Below, piece after piece: positions 37,570 through 47,215 of a stretch of DNA of 64,000 bases (positions within the stretch are counted from its first letter, which is position 1; each line of letters begins with the position of its first letter). The position numbers were made by a program, and so were the translations under genes. The notes beneath the pieces were generated by a model. The model searched no databases and was not told the origin of the DNA. It saw only the letters and a program-made list of their open reading frames with translations. The stretch comes from Deltaproteobacteria bacterium (GTDB lineage: Bacteria; Myxococcota; Kuafuiibacteriia; Kuafuiibacteriales; Kuafuiibacteriaceae): assembly GCA_040218735.1 (NCBI GenBank), contig JAVJQW010000008.1:224001-288000 (forward strand), read 5' to 3'.

Positions 37570-38655
37570 TCAGCGGCGCGTGAGCTCCAGCTCGCTGTCG
37601 GTGTCGACCGACGCCATCCCGCCCATGCTCGTCTTGCTGGTGATGCGGCCCTTCAGCGACTGAAGCGTGCCGGCCTTCCGGTTCATGACGATCGTCGCCC
37701 ATCCGTCGACGCGCATCTTGGTGTCGACGGTCGCGCCGGGGGCCGCGCCCCCACCGCCCATGCCCGGCATCCCGGACAGATCGATGCCGCCCATACCCGG
37801 GACGCCGCCGAGGTCCGGCATCCCGCCGCCCATCGCCATGTCGTCGTCTTCGTCGTCCTCGGGCGCGTCGACCGGTGCCTTCATGGCGGCCTTGGTCTCG
37901 AACGTCGTCTTCACGCGCGTCTTCTTCGGCGAAGGGTCGAGTATCTGCGCGGTGACCCGCGTGTCGTTCGAGAGGTTCGGGTGGTTCATCGCGACCTGCA
38001 CCGCGCCGTCGCCCACCGCGCCGTCGGGGAGGCGAAGCAGCTCCATGAACATGCGCGGCACGAGGTCCACGCGCGGCGTGTCCTGGCGGATCTTCACCCG
38101 GCGCGTCTTCTTCTGCTTCGCGACCTTCTTCACGCTGGCGCCGCCCGAGAGGCGTCCGGTGTTCGGATCGATCGTCGCCCAGACGGTGACCTCTTCCTCA
38201 CCGTCGTTGACCGTGCCCACGGCGCCGTTCGGTCCGACCTGATTCGTGACCACGACGTTCTGCCCCTCCTGCACGATCAGGTAGACGTGCTCCTGGAACG
38301 TGAAGCGACCGCGGCGGTCGACGGTGACGAGGCTCTTCAGCGAGGACGGCGGGAGCCCTTCGATCGTCCCGAGCACACGCCCGCTCTCGTCGCGCACGGT
38401 GAACGACTCGATGTAGAGCGTGCCCTCCGCGGTGCCGTCGGGGCGCACGCGATCGATGCGGAGCGTGAACGTCGAGTCGGTCGTGGTGCGCTGTGCGATC
38501 TTCATGCCCATCGTGGACATGTTCATCGTGTCCTTGGACTTCGCGGCGAAGCGGTGCTTCGACCCCTTCTTCCAGGTATAACGCAACGTGGTGGCGTCGG
38601 CGGTGGCGCCGGTGAACAGGCAGGCCGCGACGAACGCGGCGGAGATCGTCTTCAT
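37570..38655 (-). CDS. Secreted hypothetical protein with a G/M/P-rich insertion
   Basis: Sec signal peptide (ADA cleavage site); beta-rich; 'MGGGMPDLGGVPGMGG'. Confidence 0.75.
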   Translation of the reverse strand: MKTISAAFVAACLFTGATADATTLRYTWKKGSKHRFAAKSKDTMNMSTMGMKIAQRTTTDSTFTLRIDRVRPDGTAEGTLYIESFTVRDESGRVLGTIEGLPPSSLKSLVTVDRRGRFTFQEHVYLIVQEGQNVVVTNQVGPNGAVGTVNDGEEEVTVWATIDPNTGRLSGGASVKKVAKQKKTRRVKIRQDTPRVDLVPRMFMELLRLPDGAVGDGAVQVAMNHPNLSNDTRVTAQILDPSPKKTRVKTTFETKAAMKAPVDAPEDDEDDDMAMGGGMPDLGGVPGMGGIDLSGMPGMGGGGAAPGATVDTKMRVDGWATIVMNRKAGTLQSLKGRITSKTSMGGMASVDTDSELELTRR

Positions 38656-38753
38656 CGATTCGAACCCTCCCAGGTGTGTTCGCCTAAGACGGTCTCGGGG
38701 GCAACGGATTCATTCGGTTCGGACGTTCGAATCGGAGCGCGTACACTGCCGGC

Positions 38754-40784
38754 ATGAAGGTCCGGGTGCTCGCGTTCCTCGTGCTCGGCGCGTGCGCGCA
38801 CGATCCGCTGCGCGCGGCCGACGACGCCTTCGACCGCGGTGACTACGTCGACGCGATCGTCCACTACCGACGCTTCGAGTACCAAACCCGGAAGCAGCAG
38901 CTCCCGTGGGGGCAGCGGGGCCACGTCGACGAGCGGCTCGTCGCGTCCTGGACGGCGTTGCTGGAGCCGACGTTCCAACGCATCGAAGAGCTCCTCGCCG
39001 ACGGCCGCCCGATGCACGCGTTCGACCTCGCGTGGCGCATCACGCCGCACCGGTTGCTGTTGTTGCCGCCGGACCGTTACCTCCCGCCGCCGGAGGCCAG
39101 AGCATGGGACGCGCGGGTGCGCGACCTCCTACGGCGCGCCGGGTACGAAGCGGTCGGCGCCAACGATCCGGATCGCGACGTCGAGGAGATCGCGGCGCGG
39201 TGGTGGTCGATTCGCCGCGAGTTCAAGATGCTCCCGACTGGTCTGACGACGCCGATGAACACGTATGTCGACGGACGCATCGCCGAGGAGATGGCGATGT
39301 TGGCGACGGGGGGCGAGCCGGAGGCGGCGCTGCAGCTCGCGACCGATCTCGGGGGTTTGATGAAGAGCCCGAGTCGGCTCCGTTCGGTGTGCCACGAAGC
39401 CGGGCTGTACCTGCGCGGCGAGGAGGGGGACGAGGTGAAGCGGCTCCACCGGCAGGAGCATCACCTCGAGATCGCGCACGACCTTCAGCAGCGGATGCCG
39501 CGACTGGCGTTCCTGCACGCGCAGGCGGGGCAGCTGTGGGCGGCCGCGAACGGTCGGGACCTTCGGCTCCCACCGATCGTGATCCGCGAGAACGTCCCGC
39601 CGTCGGCGCAGCCGCCGATCCGCGTGCGTTCGATCGCCGGGTGCAAGGAGGCGTCGAAGCTCGAGTCGACGTTGCGTCGCCTCATCGAGCGCAAGGGGAC
39701 GGGCAAGCCGTTCCACGTGGATGTGGAGTTGACGTCCTGCCGGTGGGACGAGCGCCGCCGGACGACGTCGCGCGAGACGACGTTCGACTACGACACCACC
39801 GTCGCCGAGACCGAGCTCGTTCCGGTCTGGGAGACGTACGTCGAGCCGAAGTGTCGCACCGTCACCGCGTGCCGGCATCCGTTCGAGAAGACGCACGCGT
39901 GGGGCAACACGTACCGGTACTGCCGCGAGAACGACACGTACGAGACGGTGTCGTGTGTCGACCAGACGTACCGGCGTCAGGTGATGCGACCGAAGAAGGT
40001 CCATCGGAAGAAGACGCAGAAGATCCGCACGACGCAGTGGGCATCGTTCTACAACGCCGACATCGCCGTGGAGGGGGTCGCGAAGATCGCGGGCAACGGG
40101 GAGGTCGTCACGGTCGACGCGAAGGGAAAGGGGACCGGCGCGTGGGGCGGGTACGATTCGGTGCGGCAGATCGACGCGAAGATCGCGCGCGGCGTCGGTG
40201 TGAGCGCGGCGATCTCCAGAGCGCTGTCGCCGCTCGTCACGAAGGTCCGCGGCGCGGTGTTCCGCGAGGCGCAGCGGGGACGTGCGACGTGGGACGCGAA
40301 CAAGGACAAGACGGCGCAGGAGTTGGTCGCGCGCGCGGCGTCGCTGCGCGCGGAGGGAAAGGACGACGAGGCGTTCGAGGCGCAGCTCGTTGCGTTCCAG
40401 GACTTCGGTGCGAAGCCGACGAAGGAGGACTTCGCGCGGTTTGACGCGCGCCTCGACACGCCGGACGAGCCGCGCGTGCGCTTCGTCGAGCGCGAGCGTG
40501 ACGGATCGCTGAACGTACGTTTGCGCAACCTTCGTTTGGCGTCGGAGAAGACGTACCACTGTCCGAACCCGCAGCGTCCGCAGGCGCTGATACGCGCGCA
40601 TTCGAAGGTCGCGTTCGGCAACGGCGAGAAACCGGGGTTCGGTTCTTCGGAGTGGGCCGACGAGATCGAGCGTCGCCTGTACACCTGGGAGCTGTACGAT
40701 CCGCCGGAGCACCTCCTGAAGGTGGATCGTGAGACGGCGATCGAGCTGGCGAAGAAGCGGTCGCGGGGTCGGATCAGCCGCTGA
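38754..40784 (+). CDS. Hypothetical lipoprotein
   Basis: Lipobox LGAC; TPR-like start 'ADDAFDRGDYVDAIVHY'; central Cys-containing beta-rich segment. Confidence 0.75.
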   Translation: MKVRVLAFLVLGACAHDPLRAADDAFDRGDYVDAIVHYRRFEYQTRKQQLPWGQRGHVDERLVASWTALLEPTFQRIEELLADGRPMHAFDLAWRITPHRLLLLPPDRYLPPPEARAWDARVRDLLRRAGYEAVGANDPDRDVEEIAARWWSIRREFKMLPTGLTTPMNTYVDGRIAEEMAMLATGGEPEAALQLATDLGGLMKSPSRLRSVCHEAGLYLRGEEGDEVKRLHRQEHHLEIAHDLQQRMPRLAFLHAQAGQLWAAANGRDLRLPPIVIRENVPPSAQPPIRVRSIAGCKEASKLESTLRRLIERKGTGKPFHVDVELTSCRWDERRRTTSRETTFDYDTTVAETELVPVWETYVEPKCRTVTACRHPFEKTHAWGNTYRYCRENDTYETVSCVDQTYRRQVMRPKKVHRKKTQKIRTTQWASFYNADIAVEGVAKIAGNGEVVTVDAKGKGTGAWGGYDSVRQIDAKIARGVGVSAAISRALSPLVTKVRGAVFREAQRGRATWDANKDKTAQELVARAASLRAEGKDDEAFEAQLVAFQDFGAKPTKEDFARFDARLDTPDEPRVRFVERERDGSLNVRLRNLRLASEKTYHCPNPQRPQALIRAHSKVAFGNGEKPGFGSSEWADEIERRLYTWELYDPPEHLLKVDRETAIELAKKRSRGRISR

Positions 40785-40817
40785 CGTCCGGGCCCGGATC
40801 GACTAAGGGTCGCCTCG

Positions 40818-42119
40818 ATGAGCGAGACCTGGATGCGACTGCTGTCGGCGCGTCAGCTCGGACGGAAGGCGCCGTCGGGCGTGCCGTACCGAACGGCGCA
40901 CCAGCGCGACTTCGATCGCATCGTGTTCTCGACGGCATTCCGGCGCCTCGCGGACAAGACGCAGGTCTTCCCGCTCCCGGACAACGACCTCGTGCACTCG
41001 CGTCTGACGCACAGCCTGGAGGTGTCCTGTGTCGGGCGTTCGCTGGGGACGATGGTCGGCGGTGAGCTCATCGCCCGGCACGCGCTGCCCGAGCTGTCGC
41101 CGCGCGACTTCGGCGACATCGTCGCGGCCGCGTGCCTCGCGCACGACATCGGCAACCCGCCGTTCGGTCACGCGGGGGAGGACGCGATCGGGAGCTGGTT
41201 CGCGGAGCGCCCCGACATCACCGCGTCGCTCACGGAGCGGGAGCGGTGGGACCTCGAGAAGTTCGAAGGCAACGCGCAGGGTTTCAGGATCCTCACGCGC
41301 CTGCAGATGCCGGCCAACTACGGTGGGCTGCAGCTGACGTGCGCGACGCTCGGCGCGTTCACGAAGTACCCGCGTCAGGCCGGACCGCGGCTGGAGGCGG
41401 CGGGGGTCGCCGGTAAGAAACACGGCTTCTTCCAGACGGAGCGCGCGTTGTTCACGGAGGTCGCGGAGGAGACGGGTGTTCCGTCGCGCGGCGAGCTCGC
41501 GTGGGGGCGTCATCCGTTGGCGTGTCTGGTCGAGGCCGCGGACGACATCTGCTACGCGATCCTCGACATCGAGGATGGGTACCGGCTGGGGCACGTGGGT
41601 TACGCGGAGGTGTTCCCGCGGCTCGAGCCGATCGCGGCGCGGGACGATACTTATCGGCGTCCGAGTGACGACGAACCCAAGGAGGCGATCGCTTACCTCC
41701 GTGCGAAGTCGATCAACCAGCTCGCCCAAGAAGTGCGCGCGGCGTTCCTCGATCTGGAGTCCGAGATCCTCGGGCCGGGTCTGAAGGAGCCGCTGTCCAC
41801 GGTCATCGGCGCGGGTGAGTTGCTCGAGGACGTCGTGGGTTTTTCGCGCTCGCGTTGTTACCGCGCGCAGGAAGTCGTGGAGATCGAGCTCGCGGGTTAC
41901 GGCGTGTTGCAGACGCTGCTGTCCGAGCTGGTGCCGGCGGTCTTGTCGACTTCGCCGACGAAGAAACAGACGAAGCTCCTCGACGCCATACACCGGCACC
42001 CCGCCGAGGACCTCGGCGCGTACGAGCGGCTGCTGCTCGTGACGGACTACCTGTCGGGGATGACGGACTCGTACGCCGTCGCGTTCTTCAAGAAGCTGCT
42101 GGGGACGAGCTTGGTGTGA
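40818..42119 (+). CDS. dgt: dNTP (dGTP) triphosphohydrolase
   Basis: 'DFDRIVFSTAFRRLADKTQVFP', 'HSRLTHSLEV', 'AHDIGNPPFGHAGE', 'EAADDICY', 'DYLSGMTD'. Confidence 0.95.
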   Translation: MSETWMRLLSARQLGRKAPSGVPYRTAHQRDFDRIVFSTAFRRLADKTQVFPLPDNDLVHSRLTHSLEVSCVGRSLGTMVGGELIARHALPELSPRDFGDIVAAACLAHDIGNPPFGHAGEDAIGSWFAERPDITASLTERERWDLEKFEGNAQGFRILTRLQMPANYGGLQLTCATLGAFTKYPRQAGPRLEAAGVAGKKHGFFQTERALFTEVAEETGVPSRGELAWGRHPLACLVEAADDICYAILDIEDGYRLGHVGYAEVFPRLEPIAARDDTYRRPSDDEPKEAIAYLRAKSINQLAQEVRAAFLDLESEILGPGLKEPLSTVIGAGELLEDVVGFSRSRCYRAQEVVEIELAGYGVLQTLLSELVPAVLSTSPTKKQTKLLDAIHRHPAEDLGAYERLLLVTDYLSGMTDSYAVAFFKKLLGTSLV

Positions 42120-43063
42120 ACGCGCTCCAGAGCATCGAGGCCTTCGTCCGGGTCGCCGAGACGCTGAGCTTCTCGAGGGCCGCGCGGCGCCTGGGGGTCT
42201 CGCGCTCCGTCGTGACGACGCGGGTCAAGCAGCTCGAAGACACGATCACCGCGCCGCTCTTTCACCGCACCACCCGCAACGTCACACTCACGGAGATCGG
42301 TGAGACCTTCTATCCGGAGTGTGCGGCGCTCCTTCAAGACTCCGAGGATCTACTCGAGCGAATGCGTGAGATGAAGGGCGCGCCCGCCGGGGTCCTGCGC
42401 GTGCACGTGCTCCCCGGGTTCGTGCACGGTCAGTTCGTCGAGCTCATCGGTGCGTTCCAGAAGAAGTACCCGGCGATCATGCTCGACCTCACGGTGAGTG
42501 ATTCGATCGTGGATCCGGTGCGCGAGGGCTATGACTGCGCGCTGCAGATCTTCAACCCGGTCTCGGACAGCCTCGTCGCGCGGCGCCTTTTTCCGTGGCG
42601 CCCCGTCTTCTGCGCGCACCGCGACTACCTCGCGGAGCGGGGCGCGCCGTCGACGCCGGAGGCGCTGACGTCACATCGGCTGGGTCTCTACTCGCGCTAC
42701 CCATCGGGCGACGTGTGGAACTTCGCCCGGGAGGGCGTCGAGCACAGCGTCGAGCTGCAGCCGTACTTGCGCACCAACAGCGTCTTCCTGTTGCGTGACT
42801 ACGCGTGCAGCGGCGCCGGTATCTCGTGTATCCCGACGCTCCTCGCGTACGACGGTCTGATCGACGGGACGCTCGAGATCGTGCTCCCCGACTACGAGCT
42901 CGCGTCGTTCTGGTTGTGCGCGGTGTATCCGTCCGCGCGCAGCGTGACCCAGAAGCTGCGCGTGTTCCTCGAGAGCCTGGAGGCGGCTCCGCGCGCGGAG
43001 TCGCCGTGGGATCAGGTGCTCATCGAGCGGGGTCTGTTGTCGACGACCCCCGAGCTTCGCTGA
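42116..43063 (+). CDS. LysR-family transcriptional regulator
   Basis: GTGA overlap with dgt; 'FVRVAETLSFSRAARRLG...LFHRTTRNVTLTEIG'. Confidence 0.95.
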   Translation: MNALQSIEAFVRVAETLSFSRAARRLGVSRSVVTTRVKQLEDTITAPLFHRTTRNVTLTEIGETFYPECAALLQDSEDLLERMREMKGAPAGVLRVHVLPGFVHGQFVELIGAFQKKYPAIMLDLTVSDSIVDPVREGYDCALQIFNPVSDSLVARRLFPWRPVFCAHRDYLAERGAPSTPEALTSHRLGLYSRYPSGDVWNFAREGVEHSVELQPYLRTNSVFLLRDYACSGAGISCIPTLLAYDGLIDGTLEIVLPDYELASFWLCAVYPSARSVTQKLRVFLESLEAAPRAESPWDQVLIERGLLSTTPELR

Positions 43064-43083
43064 TTGTTCGGAAATCGCGACAA
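43064..43083. promoter_or_regulatory. Putative LysR operator
   Basis: TTGT-N12-ACAA dyad containing T-N11-A, between lysR and the dioxygenase gene. Confidence 0.45.
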
Positions 43084-43140
43084 GTGAAGCGGGCGGGGTT
43101 GTCTTGTCTCCCCGCCCGGGGCGGACGCATCGTGGTCGCG

Positions 43141-44100
43141 ATGACCCGAGAAGCACCTCAGCTGAAGCGACACCACCACATCACGCTCTGCACCGGCGGC
43201 GCGCAGGAGGACTACGACTTCCACACCCAGGTCCTCGGTCTCAAGAGCGTCAAGAAGACCGCGCTCTACGACGGCGACGTGCCGATCTATCACCTCTACT
43301 ACGGCAACGACGTCGGTCAGGAGAGCACGCTCGTGACGAGCTTCCCGATGCGTCAGTCCGGTCGAAAGGCGCGCAAGGGATCGAATCAGATCACGAAGGT
43401 CTCGCTGTCGATCCCCACGTCGGGGTTGGAGTACTGGAAGAAGCGCCTCGTCGAGCATGGGTTCGACGTCAGGGCCGAGGAACGGTTCGGTGAGCAGATC
43501 CTCGCGTTCGCACACCCCTGCGGCATCGACTACGAGCTCGTCGCGATCGCCGACGACGACCGCAAGCCCTACGGCGGCTCCGACGTCCCGAGTGAGCTCG
43601 CCATCCGCGGCACCCACGGCATCACCGTGACGGTCCGCGAGCTCGAGCACTCCGAGGAGTTCATGGTCCAGGCGTGGACGGGCGAGAAGGTCGGCAGCGA
43701 CCGAAACTTCACGCGCTTCGCCGTGGGTGAGGGCGGCACCGGGACCCTCGTCGACTTTGAGGTGAAGCCCGACCTCGCGCCGGGCGGTTGGATGTACGGC
43801 GAAGGGATGGTCCACCACTGCGCCTTCCAGATCGACGACCTTGACGCGCAGGCCGACATGAAGTTCCGGTTGGAGGGGCTCGGCTTCACCGACGTCTCCG
43901 ACCGGAAGGACCGCGGCTACTTCGAGTCGGTCTACGTGCGGACACCCGGCGGCGCGCTCTTCGAGGCCGCGGTGTCGAAGCCGGAGGGCATGACGATCGA
44001 CGAGCCGTTCGAGAAGCTCGGGACGTCGTTTCAGGTCCCGCCGGTGTTCGCCGACCGCGCCGACGAGATCTTCGCGTCGCTCGAGAAGCTCGAATGGTGA
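43141..44100 (+). CDS. VOC-family ring-cleaving dioxygenase, PcpA/LinE-like
   Basis: 'HHITLCTG', 'YDGDVPIYHLYYG', 'GSNQ', 'EGMVHHCAF', 'SDRKDRGYFESVYVRTPGGALFEA'. Confidence 0.9.
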   Translation: MTREAPQLKRHHHITLCTGGAQEDYDFHTQVLGLKSVKKTALYDGDVPIYHLYYGNDVGQESTLVTSFPMRQSGRKARKGSNQITKVSLSIPTSGLEYWKKRLVEHGFDVRAEERFGEQILAFAHPCGIDYELVAIADDDRKPYGGSDVPSELAIRGTHGITVTVRELEHSEEFMVQAWTGEKVGSDRNFTRFAVGEGGTGTLVDFEVKPDLAPGGWMYGEGMVHHCAFQIDDLDAQADMKFRLEGLGFTDVSDRKDRGYFESVYVRTPGGALFEAAVSKPEGMTIDEPFEKLGTSFQVPPVFADRADEIFASLEKLEW

Positions 44101-44795
44101 GCTCCGCGATCGCGAACCCTCACCTCGTGGCGCCGTTGACGCACCTCGGCGCGCGAGAGCCCCGCGTGGTCGTGATCATGCTGCACGGCCGGACGCACGA
44201 CCCGGGTGTCCTCGCGCGCGACGTCGTGGACCACCTCGACGTGCCGGGCGTCGCGTACGTCGCCCCCACGGCGGCGGGGCGCGTCTGGTATCCGCGCTCG
44301 TTCCTCGCGCCGTTCGCAGAGAATGAGCCGGACCTCGGGCACGCGCTCGCGAGCGTCGATGTCATCTCCGATGCGTGGGTCGAGCGCGGCGTGCCTCGTG
44401 AGGCCCAAGTCATCTTGGGTTTCTCACAGGGCGCGTGTCTCGCCTGTGAGTACGTCTACCGTCGACGCGCGCAGCGCTTCGGCGCACTCATCGCATTCAC
44501 CGGTGGGTTGCTCGGACCGCGCGGGACGAACTGGGACGTGCCGGTCAGCGCTTGGGCGGGGATGCCGGTCGTGCTCGGCGGGAGCCGTGAGGACCCGTGG
44601 GTTCCGTACGACCGAATGCAGGAGACGGCCACCGTGATGCGCTCGGGCGGCGCCGTCGTCGAGTCCTACTACAAGGACGGCGACGAACACGCGGTCTACG
44701 CGCCGCAGCTCCGGGTGGCGCAGGAGATCTTGGCGTCGCTCGCCGGTCAGTCCTGGTCGTCGGCGGTGAGCTCTTCGAAGCGGTTGCCGGCGTAG
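44094..44795 (+). CDS. Alpha/beta hydrolase (phospholipase/carboxylesterase, MhqD-like)
   Basis: 'MLHGR', 'WYPRSFLAP', 'GFSQGACLA', 'DPWVP', 'EHAV'. Confidence 0.9.
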   Translation: MVSSAIANPHLVAPLTHLGAREPRVVVIMLHGRTHDPGVLARDVVDHLDVPGVAYVAPTAAGRVWYPRSFLAPFAENEPDLGHALASVDVISDAWVERGVPREAQVILGFSQGACLACEYVYRRRAQRFGALIAFTGGLLGPRGTNWDVPVSAWAGMPVVLGGSREDPWVPYDRMQETATVMRSGGAVVESYYKDGDEHAVYAPQLRVAQEILASLAGQSWSSAVSSSKRLPA

Positions 44796-46075
44796 CGCGC
44801 GGCGAAGACCCAGACGAGCACCAGCGCGATCGTGATGATCGAGAGGTAGCGCATGCTCGCGATGTCGTTCGACAGCAGCGTGGTGATCAGCAGACTGACG
44901 CCGACCGCGAGCGCCTTCGCGAAGCGCTGGACGAACATGTCGATGAAGGCCTTCGCCTTGTACTTCTCGTCGCGGGAGGTCGGGGTGTAGAGCGCCTCGC
45001 GCGCGGACTGGTTGATCGAGTAGTTGAGGCCGTTGTCCGAGACACTCAGTGCGCCGCCCACGTAGAGGATCGGCATCGCGAGGTACGCACCCGAGGCGAG
45101 CATGATCGCGACGGGCATGATGAGGAGCGCGACCGTGTGGCGGAAGTTCGAGAGGATGTAACTCGTCAGGAACAGCTGCACGAAGAGGCCGAGGCCGTTG
45201 GTGATCGCGTAGGTGGTGCCGAACGCCGAGCCCAGCTCGTCGGCGGCGAGGAGCTCCTCGAAGGTCACCGTGAACTGGAAGTCGAGCATCGTGGAGATGA
45301 TCTCGTAGAGGCCGACGATCGCGACGATCGCGAGGAGGTAGCGCGAGCGGAACACGATGCGCGCGCCGTCGATCGCGGGGTTGCCACCGTCCTCCTCCTT
45401 CGCCTCGTCCCCCGGACGATCCGGCGGTGGGTTCGCGTCGACGATGCGGCCCGCGAACACCGCGAGGATCGCGATGACCACCGTGATGCCGATCCCGATG
45501 CCCATCCACGCCCCGAAGGAGATCGACTTCACGCTCTGCGCGACGAACATCGATCCGAACGCGCCGCCCGACACACCACCCAGGATGATCGGGCCGTAGG
45601 TTCGCTTCGCGGCGGAGGGGCTGAAGCTGTCGTTGAGGAACGCGAAGAACGTCGCGACCATCAGTGTGTTGTAGAGGTCACCGAAGAGGTAGAACAGCCA
45701 CGCCTTCACCTCGGTGGGTTCCTCGCCGAGCACCAGGAAACCGCCGAAACACACCGCGCAGAACGCGCAGAACGCGAGGGTGAGTTGCTGCCGGCGGAGG
45801 CGCCTCGCGAGCGTGGAGAACACGATCACGGCGCCGAAGGCGACGACCATGTTCATGACCTTCGCGATGAGCTCCGCCTGCGAGCCCTCGAGCTGCCACC
45901 CGAAGAGATCGAGCTTCCCCTGGGACTTGTAGAAGCCGATGAACATCGCCTTCTTCAGCGGCTTCACGATCCAGAACGTGGTGATGACCGCGAAGAAGTA
46001 GCTGAACATCAGGAGCGTGAGCGGGAGCTCGTTCCGCTTGATGTTCATGAAGGCAGAGAGGGGGTTCTTGGCCAT
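44747..46075 (-). CDS. Npt1/Npt2 (TLC ATP/ADP translocase-like) MFS transporter
   Basis: About 12 TM; 'IVKPLKKAMF', 'AKRTYGPI', 'NYSINQSAREALYTPTSRDEKYKAKAFID'. Confidence 0.85.
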   Translation of the reverse strand: MAKNPLSAFMNIKRNELPLTLLMFSYFFAVITTFWIVKPLKKAMFIGFYKSQGKLDLFGWQLEGSQAELIAKVMNMVVAFGAVIVFSTLARRLRRQQLTLAFCAFCAVCFGGFLVLGEEPTEVKAWLFYLFGDLYNTLMVATFFAFLNDSFSPSAAKRTYGPIILGGVSGGAFGSMFVAQSVKSISFGAWMGIGIGITVVIAILAVFAGRIVDANPPPDRPGDEAKEEDGGNPAIDGARIVFRSRYLLAIVAIVGLYEIISTMLDFQFTVTFEELLAADELGSAFGTTYAITNGLGLFVQLFLTSYILSNFRHTVALLIMPVAIMLASGAYLAMPILYVGGALSVSDNGLNYSINQSAREALYTPTSRDEKYKAKAFIDMFVQRFAKALAVGVSLLITTLLSNDIASMRYLSIITIALVLVWVFAARYAGNRFEELTADDQD

Positions 46076-46084
46076 GAATCTAAC

Positions 46085-47215
46085 TCAGAAGTTCGCGGTG
46101 ACGCCGGTGTGGATGGCCACCTCGTTGGCGAAGTCGGAGAAATCCCAGTACTCGCCGGATAGCTTGATGCGGAGACCACGCTGCACGACGATGTTCACGC
46201 CGAGGGTCTCCCGGAGGATGGCGCTGGTACTTCGCAGCGCAGAGCTCGCGAGCACGTTGCCCTTGCGTCTCATCCCGTCGAGGCGCCCGAAGACTTCCAA
46301 GTAGTCCGTTATCGGGTACTCGGCTTCGATGTAGAAGCCATCCTTGGTAAAGAAGTTCTTCTTGGGATCGAACTCGTAGCGGAAGCGTTCGTCGGGGTTG
46401 CTCCCGACGGCGAACTCCGTCTTCCGGAAGAGATACTCACCGCGTATGACCAGCGCGTCGAAGCGTAAGTAGACGTCCGCGCCTAATATCAAATACTCCA
46501 GATCCGCCGCTGGGTCGTAGTGGCCGTACATGCCCGATAACCCGAATGTCCCGTTCACGTAGTCCGTGAAGTTCAAGGTGAGGGCGGCCCGACCTCCTAC
46601 GGCGGGCTCGGAGTTGTTGTCGACGTAGTACAGCGAGCCGGAGCGTGACTGCACGAAGTCGAAGTCGAAGGCGTCGTTGTTGCCCTTGAATCCGCTGACG
46701 ACGTAACCGGCGTAGTCGAGCTGGGCGTCGTCGCCGAACCACTGCGTCCCGTTCACCTCCAGCCCGTTGTCCACGTACGGGGCCGGCACGATGCTCATGT
46801 TCCACTCGTTGCGGCGGAGCATGCGGCCCATGTCGTAGGGGAGGGGTTTGGAGTTTGCGCGGTGGTTCGCCGGGTCGTGGCGAAGGAGGAAGTCACCGAA
46901 CGCAGGGTTCATGCGCCCGACGCGGAAGTTGAGTTGGTCCGCGACGCGCATGTCCACGTAGGCCATGTCCGTCTCGAAGCCGTGGCAGCCGTAGCAGATC
47001 TTCACGTTGGCGCTGAAGTTCTCCGTGAAGTCGACGGCGAGTTTCACCGCGAGCTCGGTGGTGAACCCGTCGAACGTGAAGTTGCGCCCGTTCACGGAGG
47101 TTGGCACGGCGAGGTAGTCGAGCTGCGCCGAGCCGGCGAAGTTGCGTTCGATCTCGTAGGCCGAGGCCGTCGCGGGGAGCAGAGTCACGAGCAGCAGAGG
47201 CAGGAGCTTCTTCAC
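46085..47215 (-). CDS. Outer-membrane beta-barrel (porin-like) with an internal CxxCH motif
   Basis: Signal peptide; amphipathic strands ('AYVDMRVADQLNFRVGR', 'GFYIEAEY'); C-terminal Phe; 'CYGCH' at 46982-46996. Confidence 0.8.
   Translation of the reverse strand: MKKLLPLLLVTLLPATASAYEIERNFAGSAQLDYLAVPTSVNGRNFTFDGFTTELAVKLAVDFTENFSANVKICYGCHGFETDMAYVDMRVADQLNFRVGRMNPAFGDFLLRHDPANHRANSKPLPYDMGRMLRRNEWNMSIVPAPYVDNGLEVNGTQWFGDDAQLDYAGYVVSGFKGNNDAFDFDFVQSRSGSLYYVDNNSEPAVGGRAALTLNFTDYVNGTFGLSGMYGHYDPAADLEYLILGADVYLRFDALVIRGEYLFRKTEFAVGSNPDERFRYEFDPKKNFFTKDGFYIEAEYPITDYLEVFGRLDGMRRKGNVLASSALRSTSAILRETLGVNIVVQRGLRIKLSGEYWDFSDFANEVAIHTGVTANF

Noticed and set aside
40818-42119. dGTPase as an anti-phage defence gene
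   Set aside because: Typical GC, no defence-island context, and it resembles the housekeeping dgt; not excluded but unsupported.
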